Below, one piece after another: positions 51,392-62,223 of a stretch of DNA of 64,000 nt; positions within the stretch are counted from its first letter, which is position 1, and each line of letters starts with the position of its first letter. Location of the stretch: contig JAUVDN010000002.1 in NCBI GenBank assembly GCA_030595325.1, positions 705 to 64,704 of the forward strand. Direction: 5' to 3'. Origin of the DNA: Gammaproteobacteria bacterium (lineage in GTDB: Bacteria; Pseudomonadota; Gammaproteobacteria; SZUA-229). The position numbers and the translations under genes are program-made. The notes under the pieces were generated by a model. That model did no database searches. It was not told the origin of the DNA and saw only the letters and a program-made list of their open reading frames with translations.

Positions 51392-54079
51392 TTAGCCCTT
51401 GTTTTCTGCTGCCATGATTTTCAGACATTTGTTGATATCTTCAACCATTTCTTTACCGCGCTGGTAACGTTTTTCGACGTCTTTTTCCATTGCGCGATTG
51501 ATGATAACAGTGACGCAGCGTGGTAGCTCAGGATTAATGGTTTCTGGGCTTTGGTGCGCTTCGTTGGCAATTTTGTACATCAATGAGGCCATTGAATCGC
51601 CAGTGAAAGGCAGTTTACCGGTAACCATCTGGTAGAGCATGACACCGAGCGAAAAGATGTCTGACTGACCGGTAACTTTTTGTCCGGCTAATTGTTCTGG
51701 TGACATGTAGGAAGGTGTACCTAAAACCATGCCTGTTTTTGTTTTGCTGGAGTCGGTGATGCGTGCAATACCAAAATCAGTAATTTTACATTCATCGGTT
51801 TCAGGGTCCCACATGATGTTTGCGGGTTTGATATCACGATGAACTACGTTGTTCTGGCTGGCATAATCGATACCATCGGCAGAGCGCTGGATAATAGATA
51901 GCACCTGTTTCAATGGCAGTATGGTATCGGGTTTTATATATTTGCTTAGATCAGTTCCTTTCAGGTATTCCATGGCGATGTAGGCGAGGTCGTGTTCTTC
52001 ACCGGCATCAAAGATAGTAACGATGTTTGGATGATTCAGACGACCAGCAGTTTCAGCTTCACGGAAGAATCGCTCTTTAACCTCGTCCAGTTCGTCATCT
52101 TCAAACTCTTGCGACAAGGCCATGGTTTTGATTGCAACGACACGTGAAATTTTAGGGTCTTTACCCAGATAAACAGCGCCCATGGCGCCTTTACCCAGTT
52201 CGCGTTCCACTTCGTAACGGCCAAGCATTGGTTTTTCAACACCGCCACCTTCTATTATTAGGGTGCCGCCAGGTGAGGAGCCGCCACCACCGCCAAGAAT
52301 AACGGTTTCTTCTAGCGACTGGGCACGGTTAGAGCGCGTCTTGATATCACGGAATTTGTCATCGAACTCAGTCATGCAGTCGTACACTGATTTGGCTTTG
52401 TTGAACTGGCGTTTGCGCTCAAAATCCAGTGCCAAATTATAGAATAATTCCATTACAGATTTATCCATTGGCAGCTTGCGGAATTTTTCAAACGCCATAT
52501 CCAGTTGTCCCTGTCCTTGCAGCGACAGACCCAGCATGCGGTTGCTTTCGGCAGATTCAATATCAAGTCTCGCTTTGCCTTTCTCAGACATAAAGAAGCG
52601 TTTAGTGGTTAATAGTATGTGCCCACCTGCGAGTAGCAGGGCAGGCATCATCAGCTGTAGCCACATGCCTTGCGTAGTCATCATAATGTAGTGAATGATA
52701 AATAAGGCGAATAAAGTGATACCGGTGATAGCAAAACCGACAACAGCATTTAGTTTTGGCAGTAGCAGCATGAGATACAGCGCAACTAAAAGAAAGGCGC
52801 CTATTCGAGCATAAAAGCCCCACTCAGGCTCAACGAAAAAATCTTCGTTAAGAATACTTGAGACGGAATGCGCCAGTGTCACCACGGGTGACATAGTCGG
52901 GTCGATTGGTGTCACAAAAGTATCACCAACACCCAGAGCGGTTGCACCAATCAGGACAATTTTGTCTTTGTACTTATCAGCAGGAATCTTGCCTTGCAGT
53001 ACATCAAAGAATGAGTCGATAGGAAAGGCGCTTTTAAAATCTTCATCGTGGTAGAAGAAGGTGTTCATTAACGAGTAACCATCTGTTTTGATGTTCAGGC
53101 GCCCTAGCTGCACATCTGAACCAACAGTAATCTGAATGTCATTAATGTCCAGATTTAAACCTTTCGCTGCTAACATCAACGCCATTGACGGGTAGAGGTC
53201 ACCATAATAATCGATAATAAGCGGTTCGGTGCGAATGCCGCCATCAACATCGGGCAGTGCGACTAAAGCACCAATAGCATTCGCCTGTTCACCCAGGATA
53301 GCTATCGGCAGGTAAGCATCACTCATCGGTAGCGGCTGGAAACCTTCCGGGTTAGTAATAGAGTTATCTATAATATTGTCTTCGAGTAATCGGTTCTGGG
53401 TTACATAGTCTGGAAATGGATTATCCGGCTCACCAAAAGGTGTGCCTGGTACGTAGGGCATATTGAACACGACATTGCCGGCATTTTGCATGCTCTGGGC
53501 AAGTATATTGTCTGTATCCAGAATGGTCTCAGCTGAGTTTATGTACTCCATGTATGCGGCTAGCTCTTCAGCAACCTGATTGCGTAAGGGAGACGCTTCC
53601 AGTGTGTCAGCAATATTATCAACGGCAGTTTTGCCATTAGCATCACGTTTGTCTTTGACCAGTTCACGGCTGCTTTCAATAACTTCGGCAAGTTCTTCAA
53701 CATAGCCTGGCACGCCAGAGATGCTGCTTTCTTCAAAGGCTTGTCTTAGTTCACGAAGAAAATGCAGGCCGGGATCAAGTTGAGGTTCTGAAAAAAATAC
53801 GGTTTGACCAACGGCTTTGGCGCCACCTTCGGCGAGGATGTCATGCATCTGTGCGTGAATATCACGAGACCAGGGCCAGCGACCTATGTTGGCAATACTT
53901 TGGTCATCGATTGCGATGATGGCTATCTTGTCACTTGCGAATCGATTCGATGATTTGACACCGAAATCGTATGCGTTTCGTTCCATGCTGGCGATAAAGT
54001 CAGAGCCAGAAAGTGTCAGAAAAATAAATGTAATGATAAGACCGGTAAACCAGTCACTTTTTAAAACTCCGCTCTTCAT
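51392..54079 (-). CDS. CHASE2-sensor transmembrane Ser/Thr protein kinase
   Basis: An N-terminal TM helix, a roughly 380-aa extracytoplasmic region, a 3-TM block, a Gly-rich linker, and a C-terminal Hanks kinase domain (LGKGAMGAVYLG, VAIKTM, HRDIKPANIM, DFG). Confidence 0.8.
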   Translation of the reverse strand: MKSGVLKSDWFTGLIITFIFLTLSGSDFIASMERNAYDFGVKSSNRFASDKIAIIAIDDQSIANIGRWPWSRDIHAQMHDILAEGGAKAVGQTVFFSEPQLDPGLHFLRELRQAFEESSISGVPGYVEELAEVIESSRELVKDKRDANGKTAVDNIADTLEASPLRNQVAEELAAYMEYINSAETILDTDNILAQSMQNAGNVVFNMPYVPGTPFGEPDNPFPDYVTQNRLLEDNIIDNSITNPEGFQPLPMSDAYLPIAILGEQANAIGALVALPDVDGGIRTEPLIIDYYGDLYPSMALMLAAKGLNLDINDIQITVGSDVQLGRLNIKTDGYSLMNTFFYHDEDFKSAFPIDSFFDVLQGKIPADKYKDKIVLIGATALGVGDTFVTPIDPTMSPVVTLAHSVSSILNEDFFVEPEWGFYARIGAFLLVALYLMLLLPKLNAVVGFAITGITLFALFIIHYIMMTTQGMWLQLMMPALLLAGGHILLTTKRFFMSEKGKARLDIESAESNRMLGLSLQGQGQLDMAFEKFRKLPMDKSVMELFYNLALDFERKRQFNKAKSVYDCMTEFDDKFRDIKTRSNRAQSLEETVILGGGGGSSPGGTLIIEGGGVEKPMLGRYEVERELGKGAMGAVYLGKDPKISRVVAIKTMALSQEFEDDELDEVKERFFREAETAGRLNHPNIVTIFDAGEEHDLAYIAMEYLKGTDLSKYIKPDTILPLKQVLSIIQRSADGIDYASQNNVVHRDIKPANIMWDPETDECKITDFGIARITDSSKTKTGMVLGTPSYMSPEQLAGQKVTGQSDIFSLGVMLYQMVTGKLPFTGDSMASLMYKIANEAHQSPETINPELPRCVTVIINRAMEKDVEKRYQRGKEMVEDINKCLKIMAAENKG

Positions 54080-54300
54080 TATTGAGCCCCTTTGGTTTTA
54101 TTTTTATTGTGTGACCAAGGCAAAAAATGAATTTGACTTGAGCTTATAGTTTTTTGTTTATAGTTATTTAGCAGGAATTTAAACTTGTATATTAATGGGC
54201 TTAAAGTCCGGATAAAATGATTTTAGTCTTTAAAATCACATTACTTATCAATACTAGTAAAAATTAATAATAAAAACAATCAGTTTAGGGAAATGAAAAG

Positions 54301-54342
54301 CGGTAAGTTCCAAGTTTTATGACAATTACTTGTAACTTACCG
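54301..54342 (-). terminator. Intrinsic terminator downstream of sppA
   Basis: A long imperfect hairpin (CGGTAAGTT.CAAGT...ACTTG.AACTTACCG). It is followed on the minus strand by CTTTTCATTTCCC. Confidence 0.5.
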
Positions 54343-54387
54343 CAGTCGATAGAGAGAAGGTGCTGCTTATTTTGGAGGTAGGTTGTC

Positions 54388-55326
54388 CTATCTCGGTGTG
54401 ACAGGAAACAGCTGAGTGCTGATGACTTGCGCAACGGTGGCACCAAGACGTTCAGCAAATCGCTCCAGAATGTCTGCCTTAACGGTGTAGTTGACGATAG
54501 TTTCTTCGCCGATGACTTCACGTGCCACATGACTGGAACTAGCCAGCTCATCGATCAGGCCGATGTTTACGGCGGCTTCACCCGTCCAGATCAAACCGCT
54601 AAACAGACCTTCTACTGAGGTATCCAGCCGTTCACCGCGACCATCTTTGACGGCAGTGATGAACTGCTGATGAATTTCGCCGAGCATGGCTTGCATATGT
54701 TCTTTAGTCTGTTCGTTTTCTGGCAGGAATGGGTCAAGTAATGCTTTGTTTTCACCGGCGGTTAGTGTACGGCGTTCAATACCGAGTTTGTTCATGGCGT
54801 CGACAAAGCCAAAATTATCCATACGTACACCAATAGAGCCAACGATACTAGCTTTGTCAGCGTATATCTTGTCGGCAGCGGAGGCGATGTAATAACCACC
54901 TGATGCGCAGATATCAGTGATGACTGCATACAGCGGTGTATCAGGGTTGTCTTTGCGTAAACGAATAATCTCGTCGTAGATGTAACCAGATTGTACCGGT
55001 GAACCACCCGGGCTATTAATTCTTAAAATAACACCAGCGCTGTTTTCATTTTCAAAAGCTTCGCGCAGTGCGGTAACGATACTGTCTGCACTGGCTTCAG
55101 TTTCATCAGAGATAACACCGTTTAATTCGACCAGTGCGGTGTGTTTTTCATCAAGTTCAATTTGTGTGATGCTGGCACTGCCGTACATATAGATGATGCC
55201 GCCAATGTAGGCGAAAGTTAAAGCTTTAAAAAATATGCCCCAGCGCCGTGCTCGTCGTTGTTCACGTAAGCTGGATTCAGCGAGTTGCGTAACAACTTCT
55301 CTTTCCCAGGAAGTGTTGTCGTTCAT
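54388..55326 (-). CDS. sppA: Signal peptide peptidase SppA (S49 family, 36K type)
   Basis: An N-terminal TM helix and an S49 peptidase core (RINSPGGSPV...ASGGYYIASAADKIYA). Confidence 0.75.
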   Translation of the reverse strand: MNDNTSWEREVVTQLAESSLREQRRARRWGIFFKALTFAYIGGIIYMYGSASITQIELDEKHTALVELNGVISDETEASADSIVTALREAFENENSAGVILRINSPGGSPVQSGYIYDEIIRLRKDNPDTPLYAVITDICASGGYYIASAADKIYADKASIVGSIGVRMDNFGFVDAMNKLGIERRTLTAGENKALLDPFLPENEQTKEHMQAMLGEIHQQFITAVKDGRGERLDTSVEGLFSGLIWTGEAAVNIGLIDELASSSHVAREVIGEETIVNYTVKADILERFAERLGATVAQVISTQLFPVTPR

Positions 55327-55411
55327 AATATTTTCCTACTGTTGGTTACAACTAATATTGTAATGATGTGATTTGAGATATAAAGCTTCTGTCTGTTTGC
55401 TGGTATTGCCG

Positions 55412-56083
55412 TCATGAGTAATTATGACTCAGAAAGGTAGATAATTCCGTGATATCCGTTAAACAGGCTAAAGGTTTGTGTTTGTTTAATGTGGTCTCGT
55501 CATGTACGCCGTGTGTGACGCCGATACTATTGATGTTGGCATTGCTGGCCATTTTCAGGTCATGTTCACTATCGCCGATCATTAGTGTCTGTGAGGCTGA
55601 AAAGTTCAGTTCCTGCAGTATTTCATGCAGCATTTCGGGGTGCGGTTTTGATTTGTTTTCACCGGCGCAGCGAGTGGTGACAAAATGATGCGCCAGATTG
55701 TGCTCATTTATCGACTGCTCTAAACCGGCGCGGCTTTTACCGGTGGATATCGCCAAGGTGTAACCATCTTTGCGTAGCTGGTTTAACAAATCGTTAACAC
55801 CGTTAAATAAAGGTGCGGGTACGGCGTTATCGTACATATAGTGCTGACGGTAAGCGTCAGCAATTTCATTTAATTCACCCAGATTCTGTTTTGCGTCGAG
55901 TTCGGGGTGCAGTTTTCCGATGGCCTCCATCAGGCCAAGGCCGATAACATCTCTTGCCTGTTCTGCACTGAGGTTTATGTCGACAGTTTTTTTGCTGGCA
56001 AATTGTAAGCTGGTCACTATACGCTCGATGGAATCGACCAGTGTGCCGTCCCAGTCGAAGACGAGAAGAGGGAAGTGTTTCAT
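55412..56083 (-). CDS. HAD-IA family hydrolase
   Basis: DxDGTL motif I (LLVFDWDGTLVDS), motif II (STGKS) and motif III (GDSEHD). Confidence 0.7.
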   Translation of the reverse strand: MKHFPLLVFDWDGTLVDSIERIVTSLQFASKKTVDINLSAEQARDVIGLGLMEAIGKLHPELDAKQNLGELNEIADAYRQHYMYDNAVPAPLFNGVNDLLNQLRKDGYTLAISTGKSRAGLEQSINEHNLAHHFVTTRCAGENKSKPHPEMLHEILQELNFSASQTLMIGDSEHDLKMASNANINSIGVTHGVHDETTLNKHKPLACLTDITELSTFLSHNYS

Positions 56084-56136
56084 TATTGCTTCTTTATATA
56101 ATGTAGTGGTTATTTAGTAATAGTTATTTAAAGCGC

Positions 56137-57087
56137 TTATGCGCGCAGTTTTTGTAATAACTGCTCGAGGTCATCACTCAATGGTGCTTGTATTGTAATG
56201 GGGTCTGCCAGCGGTAAATACAACTGCTGGGCATGAAGAAAAAGCCGCTTTAGACCCATATGCCGATATTGCCGGTTTGCTTCTTTGTTGCTGTATTTGC
56301 TGTCGCCCAGAATGCAATGGCCGGCATGTTGCGCGTGAACACGTATCTGATGTGTGCGCCCAGTATCAATGGTAATTTTCATGAGAGTGCAGGGTGTGCA
56401 ATTATCGGGGGTAAAAATTTCTAAAGGTTCAAAATGGCTGATGGCTCTATCGCCTGTTTTATCAGCCTGCATTAGATGCTCGCCGCCACGTTTGATTTTA
56501 GAAATGCCGATATCAATGGTTTTAGTGCCTTGATCCCAGGCGCCATCAACGAGTGCCAGATAGGTTTTTTCCATGTGCACGAGGGTTTCGTGGCGTAACA
56601 TTTCGTGCAATTTAGCCAGTACCTGACGATTTTTAGCTAGCAATAGACAACCGCTGGTTTCACGATCAAGTCGGTGCACCAGCTCCAGTGGTTGCTCAGG
56701 GTCTATCTGTCTAAATGCCTCGATAACACCAAAATTCAGGCCACTGCCTTTATGTACGGCGATACCAGAGGGTTTGTTGATGGCGATAATGTCGTTATTT
56801 TCAAAAATAATGCATTGTTTGAGCATCTGCACAACGGAATCAGGAATCTGGCTATTGCCACTTTCGCTGATGCGTACTGGCGGTATACGCAGGGTATCGC
56901 CTGACTGCAATTTATAATGCTGTTTTATTCTGCCGCTATTAATGCGTACCTGACCACTGCGTAATAAGCGGTAAATGTGACTCTTAGGAACACCTTTTAA
57001 GTGTTTTACTAAAAAATTATCGATACGTTGACCGGCCTGTGCCTCACTTATATTGACTGTGTTGACTTTATTTTTGTCTATTTGCAT
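56137..57087 (-). CDS. rluC: 23S rRNA pseudouridine(955/2504/2580) synthase
   Basis: Collinear with E. coli RluC (GQRIDNFL...LKGVPKS.IYR.LR.G.VR.N, HRLDR.TSG, TGRTHQIRVH). The gene is divergent from rne, as in E. coli. Confidence 0.9.
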   Translation of the reverse strand: MQIDKNKVNTVNISEAQAGQRIDNFLVKHLKGVPKSHIYRLLRSGQVRINSGRIKQHYKLQSGDTLRIPPVRISESGNSQIPDSVVQMLKQCIIFENNDIIAINKPSGIAVHKGSGLNFGVIEAFRQIDPEQPLELVHRLDRETSGCLLLAKNRQVLAKLHEMLRHETLVHMEKTYLALVDGAWDQGTKTIDIGISKIKRGGEHLMQADKTGDRAISHFEPLEIFTPDNCTPCTLMKITIDTGRTHQIRVHAQHAGHCILGDSKYSNKEANRQYRHMGLKRLFLHAQQLYLPLADPITIQAPLSDDLEQLLQKLRA

Positions 57088-57399
57088 ATATATTTAGTGT
57101 GTAGGTGGGCTGGTATTTAATTTGGTTGTTTTTTTGATTAATTCTGGCTGCTTATCGGCGATAAAAGACAATTGACTTATTTTAGTTGACCAAAGGCTCG
57201 CATTTTGACAGACTTGTAGGGTCAGATGCCAGCAAAGATTATCTTTATAAGCTGTTGCATTTGCTAGGATTTATGCCAGAAAGAAAAATAACAGGCGCAA
57301 ATAAAGGATTATACACTTGATAAACGGTTATCAAGAAAGCGAGCTTTGTAGATTATATCTACATTATCGCCGAAATAGTTACCTCTTGCCTGCATTTTG

Positions 57400-57761
57400 A
57401 GAGAAGTGCATTATTAAAAAAGGTCACAGGTGAATAATAATTTTATGTGCCTGCTACTGTCGTTTTATTTTATAGAAACGTTGTGGCAGGGATAGATTAA
57501 CCAGTAAGAAATAGACAACAACAAACATTCAATTAATGATTTTCCCACTTTATAACACTGATAAAGCCGTTACTCTGCCAGAGTCAGCATTTTTAGGGCC
57601 ACTGTTTTTAACATGGCTGATGCTGAGTTGTTTCTGTGCATTGCAGTACGCTGGACGCTCTATTACAGGTCGTTCTATAGCAGGCCGTTCGATTAAGAAC
57701 GCTTTGCCTGAAAGCTTTATGGGTGCATTTAATGTGGGACTAAAAACAGGTTTAACTGCAA
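57400..57761 (+). promoter_or_regulatory. Putative rne leader and autoregulatory 5' UTR region
   Basis: A 675-bp non-coding gap lies between divergent rluC and rne. E. coli rne carries a long structured autoregulatory leader. The boundaries given here are not mapped. Confidence 0.35.
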
Positions 57762-60296
57762 ATGAAAAGAATACTTATCAATGCGGTCCAGAAAGAGGAA
57801 GTACGCGTGGCCATGGTAGATGGTCAGCAACTTTACGATCTGGACGTGGAAGTCCCATCACGGGAACAGAAAAAATCCAACGTTTACAAAGGTAAAATTA
57901 CCCGCGTAGAACCAAGCTTAGAAGCTTGTTTTGTTGATTATGGCGCTGAGCGTCATGGATTTTTACCCTTTAAAGAAGTGTCGCGCATGTACTTCACCGA
58001 GGAAGCGCAACAATCATCCGGTCGCCCCGATATCCGCACCGCCATCAAAGAAGGCCAGGAAATTGTTATCCAGGTTGAAAAAGAGGAGCGTGGCAATAAA
58101 GGTGCTGCATTAACAACATTTATTAGTCTGGCAGGGCGCTACCTAGTGCTTATGCCCAACAACCCGCGTGCTGGCGGTGTCTCCCGTCGTATCGAAGGTG
58201 AAGATCGTAGCCTTATCCGTGAAGCTTTAAGTCAGCTGGAAGTGCCAAATGGCATGGGGTTAATCGTGCGCACTGCAGGTGTAGGCCGTAATTCAGAAGA
58301 ATTACAGTGGGACCTGAATTATCTGTTGCAGCTGTGGACTGCATTTGAAAAAGCCGCCGCTGAGAGACCTTCGCCATTTTTGATCTATCAGGAAAGTGAT
58401 GTAACAACCCGTGCCTTAAGGGATTATTTTAGAAGTGATATAACAGAAGTGCTAATCGATTCAAAAGATGTCTATGATTCAGCAATCGACTTCGTTTCAC
58501 AGGTTATGCCGAACAGCATACAAAAAATAAAATACTATGATGATACGGTTCCATTATTTAACCGTTTTCAGGTGGAGAATCAGATTGAGTCGGCGTATCG
58601 CCGCGAAGTGACGCTACCTTCGGGTGGTGCAATCGTTATCGATCACACGGAAGCCTTAATCTCTATCGATATTAACTCGGCGCGAGCAACAAAAGGCAGT
58701 GATATCGAAGAGACAGCAACCAATACTAATCTGGAAGCGGCCGATGAAGTGGCGCGCCAGCTACGCTTGCGTGACCTAGGTGGTTTGGTGGTGATTGATT
58801 TCATCGATATGATGAATAATCGCAATCAGCGTGCTGTTGAAAATAGACTCAATGAAGCGGTGCAAAATGACCGTGCTCGGGTACAGGTAGGTCGTATTTC
58901 ACGATTCGGTCTGCTTGAGATGTCACGCCAGCGTCTAAAACCTTCTCTAGGTGAGTCAACACAGATAGTTTGTCCCCGTTGTACCGGGCAAGGAACGATA
59001 CGTACCGTTGAATCATTATCACTGTCTCTGGTACGTATACTGGAAGAAGAGGCATTGAAAGCAGGAACTGCACGTGTAGATATTCAAGTACCTATTGATG
59101 TCGCGACCTATATGCTGAACGAGAAACGTAAAGTAATTCATGATATTGAAAAGCTAAGCGGTGTTCATGTTTTGATTGTGGCTAACCCGACATTGGAAAC
59201 GCCGCAATACAAGGTTGATCGTGTTCGTAAGGCTGATTACGATGAAAATGACGAAACTGCCAGCTACCAACGTGCTGACATTGATAGTGAATACAATGTC
59301 GATGTAACACAGGAAAAACCCATACAGTTAGAAAAAGCGGCGGTATCATCAATATCGCCGGGCAAGCGTCCTGCAGCAAAACCTGCAGCAAAACCTGCAG
59401 CAAAATCAGCAGCAAAATCAGCAGCAAAATCAGCAGAAGTTGCTGCAGAGAAAACCGCTAGTAAAGGTTTGTTTAGCAAGATCGTTTCTATGTTCAGCAG
59501 TGAAGAAGAGGTCGAAGAGGAGAAGCCTGCAACAAAACAAAGTGCAGGTAGAAGTCGTAACCAGCGCTCTGGTCAGCGAAATAACCAGAATCGTAACCGT
59601 AATCGCAATCGAAATCGTAACCGCAAACCAGCAAATAAATCCGACAATAAGCAGGAAGAAGCTGGACGTAACAACGCGAAATCGGCAGGTAATAAGCCGC
59701 AAGCTAACAAGTCAGCCAGTAAGTCATCAAACCAGCCATCAAGCAAGAGCAAGCAGGCTGACGAGGCAACTGAACAGTCGAAGGAAGGTGCTAAGTCGGG
59801 TAATCAGCAGAACCGTAATCGCAACCGTAACCGCAATAGAAATCGCACAAAGGATAATGAGCGTAAAGACGGGCAGGCTGGCGAGCAGAAAAATGATGCT
59901 GGTACGCAGCAAAATGTAAGTGCCCAGGACCCTACAAACAAGGACTCTACAAACCAGGGCTCTACCAATCAGGGCTCTGCTAATAAGGAATCTGCTAATA
60001 AGGGTTCGTCGAATAAAGACTCTGCTGATAAAGCGCCCGTTAATAAGGCGCCTGTTAGCAAACCAGCAGCACAGTCTAAACCACAAGAGAGTAAATCTAC
60101 GCGCTCTGATAATACGAGCTCAGATAATGCCAGTTCAGGGGTAAAGAAAGCGCCTGTTGCCAGTAAACCGGCCGAAAGCAAGCCGGCTGAAAGCCAATCA
60201 GCTGAGAGAAAACCAGCGCCAAAAGAGAAATCCTCAGCGGATGTTCAGCCACAATCAAATGAAAATAGACCGGCCACTTCTGTTATCGATAAGTAG
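57762..60296 (+). CDS. rne: Ribonuclease E, with repetitive low-complexity C-terminal half
   Basis: The N-terminus [30 protein letters not shown]...[27 protein letters not shown] is nearly identical to E. coli RNase E. The C-terminus has RNRNRN and PAAK repeats. Confidence 0.92.
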   Translation: MKRILINAVQKEEVRVAMVDGQQLYDLDVEVPSREQKKSNVYKGKITRVEPSLEACFVDYGAERHGFLPFKEVSRMYFTEEAQQSSGRPDIRTAIKEGQEIVIQVEKEERGNKGAALTTFISLAGRYLVLMPNNPRAGGVSRRIEGEDRSLIREALSQLEVPNGMGLIVRTAGVGRNSEELQWDLNYLLQLWTAFEKAAAERPSPFLIYQESDVTTRALRDYFRSDITEVLIDSKDVYDSAIDFVSQVMPNSIQKIKYYDDTVPLFNRFQVENQIESAYRREVTLPSGGAIVIDHTEALISIDINSARATKGSDIEETATNTNLEAADEVARQLRLRDLGGLVVIDFIDMMNNRNQRAVENRLNEAVQNDRARVQVGRISRFGLLEMSRQRLKPSLGESTQIVCPRCTGQGTIRTVESLSLSLVRILEEEALKAGTARVDIQVPIDVATYMLNEKRKVIHDIEKLSGVHVLIVANPTLETPQYKVDRVRKADYDENDETASYQRADIDSEYNVDVTQEKPIQLEKAAVSSISPGKRPAAKPAAKPAAKSAAKSAAKSAEVAAEKTASKGLFSKIVSMFSSEEEVEEEKPATKQSAGRSRNQRSGQRNNQNRNRNRNRNRNRKPANKSDNKQEEAGRNNAKSAGNKPQANKSASKSSNQPSSKSKQADEATEQSKEGAKSGNQQNRNRNRNRNRNRTKDNERKDGQAGEQKNDAGTQQNVSAQDPTNKDSTNQGSTNQGSANKESANKGSSNKDSADKAPVNKAPVSKPAAQSKPQESKSTRSDNTSSDNASSGVKKAPVASKPAESKPAESQSAERKPAPKEKSSADVQPQSNENRPATSVIDK

Positions 60297-60440
60297 CTTG
60301 TCGTAATCCAGTAATTAAAGCATTCTTTAGCGTTATCAGTGAGTTGTTGATATACAGTGATACCGCTAGTTTGCTATGATTGCGCCAATTTCCACATTAA
60401 TACACACCTTTTACAGGGTGTTGCTTGACCAGGAGTTTGA

Positions 60441-61724
60441 ATGTTTTCCAAAGATACAAAGATTGACGGTTATGACGAAGCGTTATGGGCAGCGATGCAG
60501 CATGAATACCAGCGTCAGGAAGAACATATAGAACTAATCGCTTCTGAAAATTATGCCAGTCAACGTGTTATGCAGGCGCAGGGATCGGTATTAACCAACA
60601 AATATGCTGAAGGCTATCCAGCGCGTCGTTATTACGGCGGTTGTGAGAATGTCGATGTAGCAGAGCAGCTGGCAATTGATCGAGTGAAAGAATTATTTGG
60701 CGCGGGTTATGCCAACGTGCAACCGCATTCAGGTTCACAGGCAAATGCGGCGGTTTATATGGCGTTATGTAAGCCGGGTGATACTGTCTTAGGTATGTCA
60801 TTGGCGGATGGTGGTCACTTAACACATGGTTCGCATGTAAGTTTTTCTGGAAAAATATACAACGCAGTTCAGTACGGTTTGAACAATGAAACCGGCATTG
60901 TCGATTATGACGAGATTCAACGACTGGCTGATGAGCACAAACCCAAAATGATCGTGGCCGGCTTTTCTGCTTATTCGCGGATAATGGATTGGGATCGTTT
61001 TCGTACAATTGCTGATTCGTGCGGTGCTTATCTTTTTGTTGATATGGCGCACGTTGCCGGTTTGATTGCGGCAGGGTTATATCCAAACCCTGTTGGTGTT
61101 GCTGATGTGGTCACATCAACTACACATAAGACACTTCGTGGTCCACGCGGCGGTATCATCTTGGCGGGTGAAACTTCATTGATGAACAATAAAGATATTG
61201 CTAAAAAATTAAACTCAGCTATTTTCCCTGGCACACAGGGTGGTCCTTTAATGCATGTTATTGCGGCGAAGGCGGTATCGTTCAAAGAAGCACAAGAGCC
61301 AGCGTTTGCCGTGTACCAGAAGCAGGTCATCGTCAACGCTCAAGCAATGGCAAAGGTTGTTTTGGATAGAGGTTATAAAGTGGTTTCAGGTGGCACAGAT
61401 AATCACCTGTTTCTGTGGGATCTCACGACTAAGAGTTTAACCGGTAAAGTCGTTGAAGCGGAGCTGGGTAAAGCGCATATCACAGTGAATAAAAACGCGG
61501 TGCCAAATGACCCGCAATCACCGTTTGTGACCAGTGGTATCCGTGTTGGTACGCCGGCAATGACCACACGCGGATTTAACGAACAGGATGCAACAGATCT
61601 TGCTACCTGGATGTGCGACATCATCGATAGTATTGCCGATGATATAGCGGATACATCGATTGTCGACAGCGTTCGTGAAAAGGTGACGGCAATCTGTGCG
61701 CGTTTACCGGTCTACGAAAAGTAA
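60441..61724 (+). CDS. glyA: Serine hydroxymethyltransferase
   Basis: 427 aa, with the PLP-site region [13 protein letters not shown]. Confidence 0.92.
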   Translation: MFSKDTKIDGYDEALWAAMQHEYQRQEEHIELIASENYASQRVMQAQGSVLTNKYAEGYPARRYYGGCENVDVAEQLAIDRVKELFGAGYANVQPHSGSQANAAVYMALCKPGDTVLGMSLADGGHLTHGSHVSFSGKIYNAVQYGLNNETGIVDYDEIQRLADEHKPKMIVAGFSAYSRIMDWDRFRTIADSCGAYLFVDMAHVAGLIAAGLYPNPVGVADVVTSTTHKTLRGPRGGIILAGETSLMNNKDIAKKLNSAIFPGTQGGPLMHVIAAKAVSFKEAQEPAFAVYQKQVIVNAQAMAKVVLDRGYKVVSGGTDNHLFLWDLTTKSLTGKVVEAELGKAHITVNKNAVPNDPQSPFVTSGIRVGTPAMTTRGFNEQDATDLATWMCDIIDSIADDIADTSIVDSVREKVTAICARLPVYEK

Positions 61725-61733
61725 TAATTTAAT

Positions 61734-62207
61734 ATGTATTGTCCATTCTGCTCAATGCCTGATACTCGCGTAATAGATTCGCGATTGTCCAGTGACGGTG
61801 ATCAGGTTCGCCGTCGCCGTGAGTGTGTTTCATGCAATGAGCGTTTTACCACGTACGAAAGTGCAGAGTTAAATATGCCTCGTATCGTGAAACAGGATGG
61901 CAGTCGTATGCCGTTTAAAGAAGAAAAGTTGGCTTCGGGTGTAATGCGCGCTTTGGAGAAACGCCCGGTAAGTACCGAACAGATCGATGATGCGCTTAAC
62001 CGGATAAAGCACCAGCTATTGGCGGCAGGTGAGCGCGAAATTAGCTCAGGCATAATAGGTAATTTGGTAATGGAAGAGTTGCTGGCACTGGATCAGGTTG
62101 CCTATATTCGTTTTGCCTCGGTTTATCTGGACTTTAGTGACGTCAATGCATTTCGTGATGCCATAGAAAAAATTGAGAAAACGAAAGCAAGTAAAAAGAG
62201 TCGTTAG
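61734..62207 (+). CDS. nrdR: Transcriptional repressor NrdR
   Basis: Zinc ribbon ([17 protein letters not shown]...[11 protein letters not shown]) plus an ATP-cone. Confidence 0.9.
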   Translation: MYCPFCSMPDTRVIDSRLSSDGDQVRRRRECVSCNERFTTYESAELNMPRIVKQDGSRMPFKEEKLASGVMRALEKRPVSTEQIDDALNRIKHQLLAAGEREISSGIIGNLVMEELLALDQVAYIRFASVYLDFSDVNAFRDAIEKIEKTKASKKSR

Positions 62208-62223
62208 CGGCTAATCGGCACCG

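Noticed and set aside
49799-54079. Assigning the STK/PP2C/FHA operon to a type VI secretion regulatory module
   Set aside because: No TssA-M, Hcp, VgrG or ClpV genes are present anywhere in the 64 kb. The similarity is only in module logic.
57536-57895. 119-aa ORF upstream of and overlapping the rne start
   Set aside because: It overlaps the rne start and its N-terminal codons in another frame, and it has repetitive (GRSIAGRSI) low-complexity content. It sits in the expected rne leader region.
59182-60181. Cluster of minus- and plus-strand ORFs (59182..59427, 59264..59479, 59430..59702, 59440..59919, 59739..60086, 59920..60144, 59969..60181)
   Set aside because: All lie inside the repetitive C-terminal half of rne. 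The tandem DNA repeats keep several frames open and produce low-complexity pseudo-proteins.
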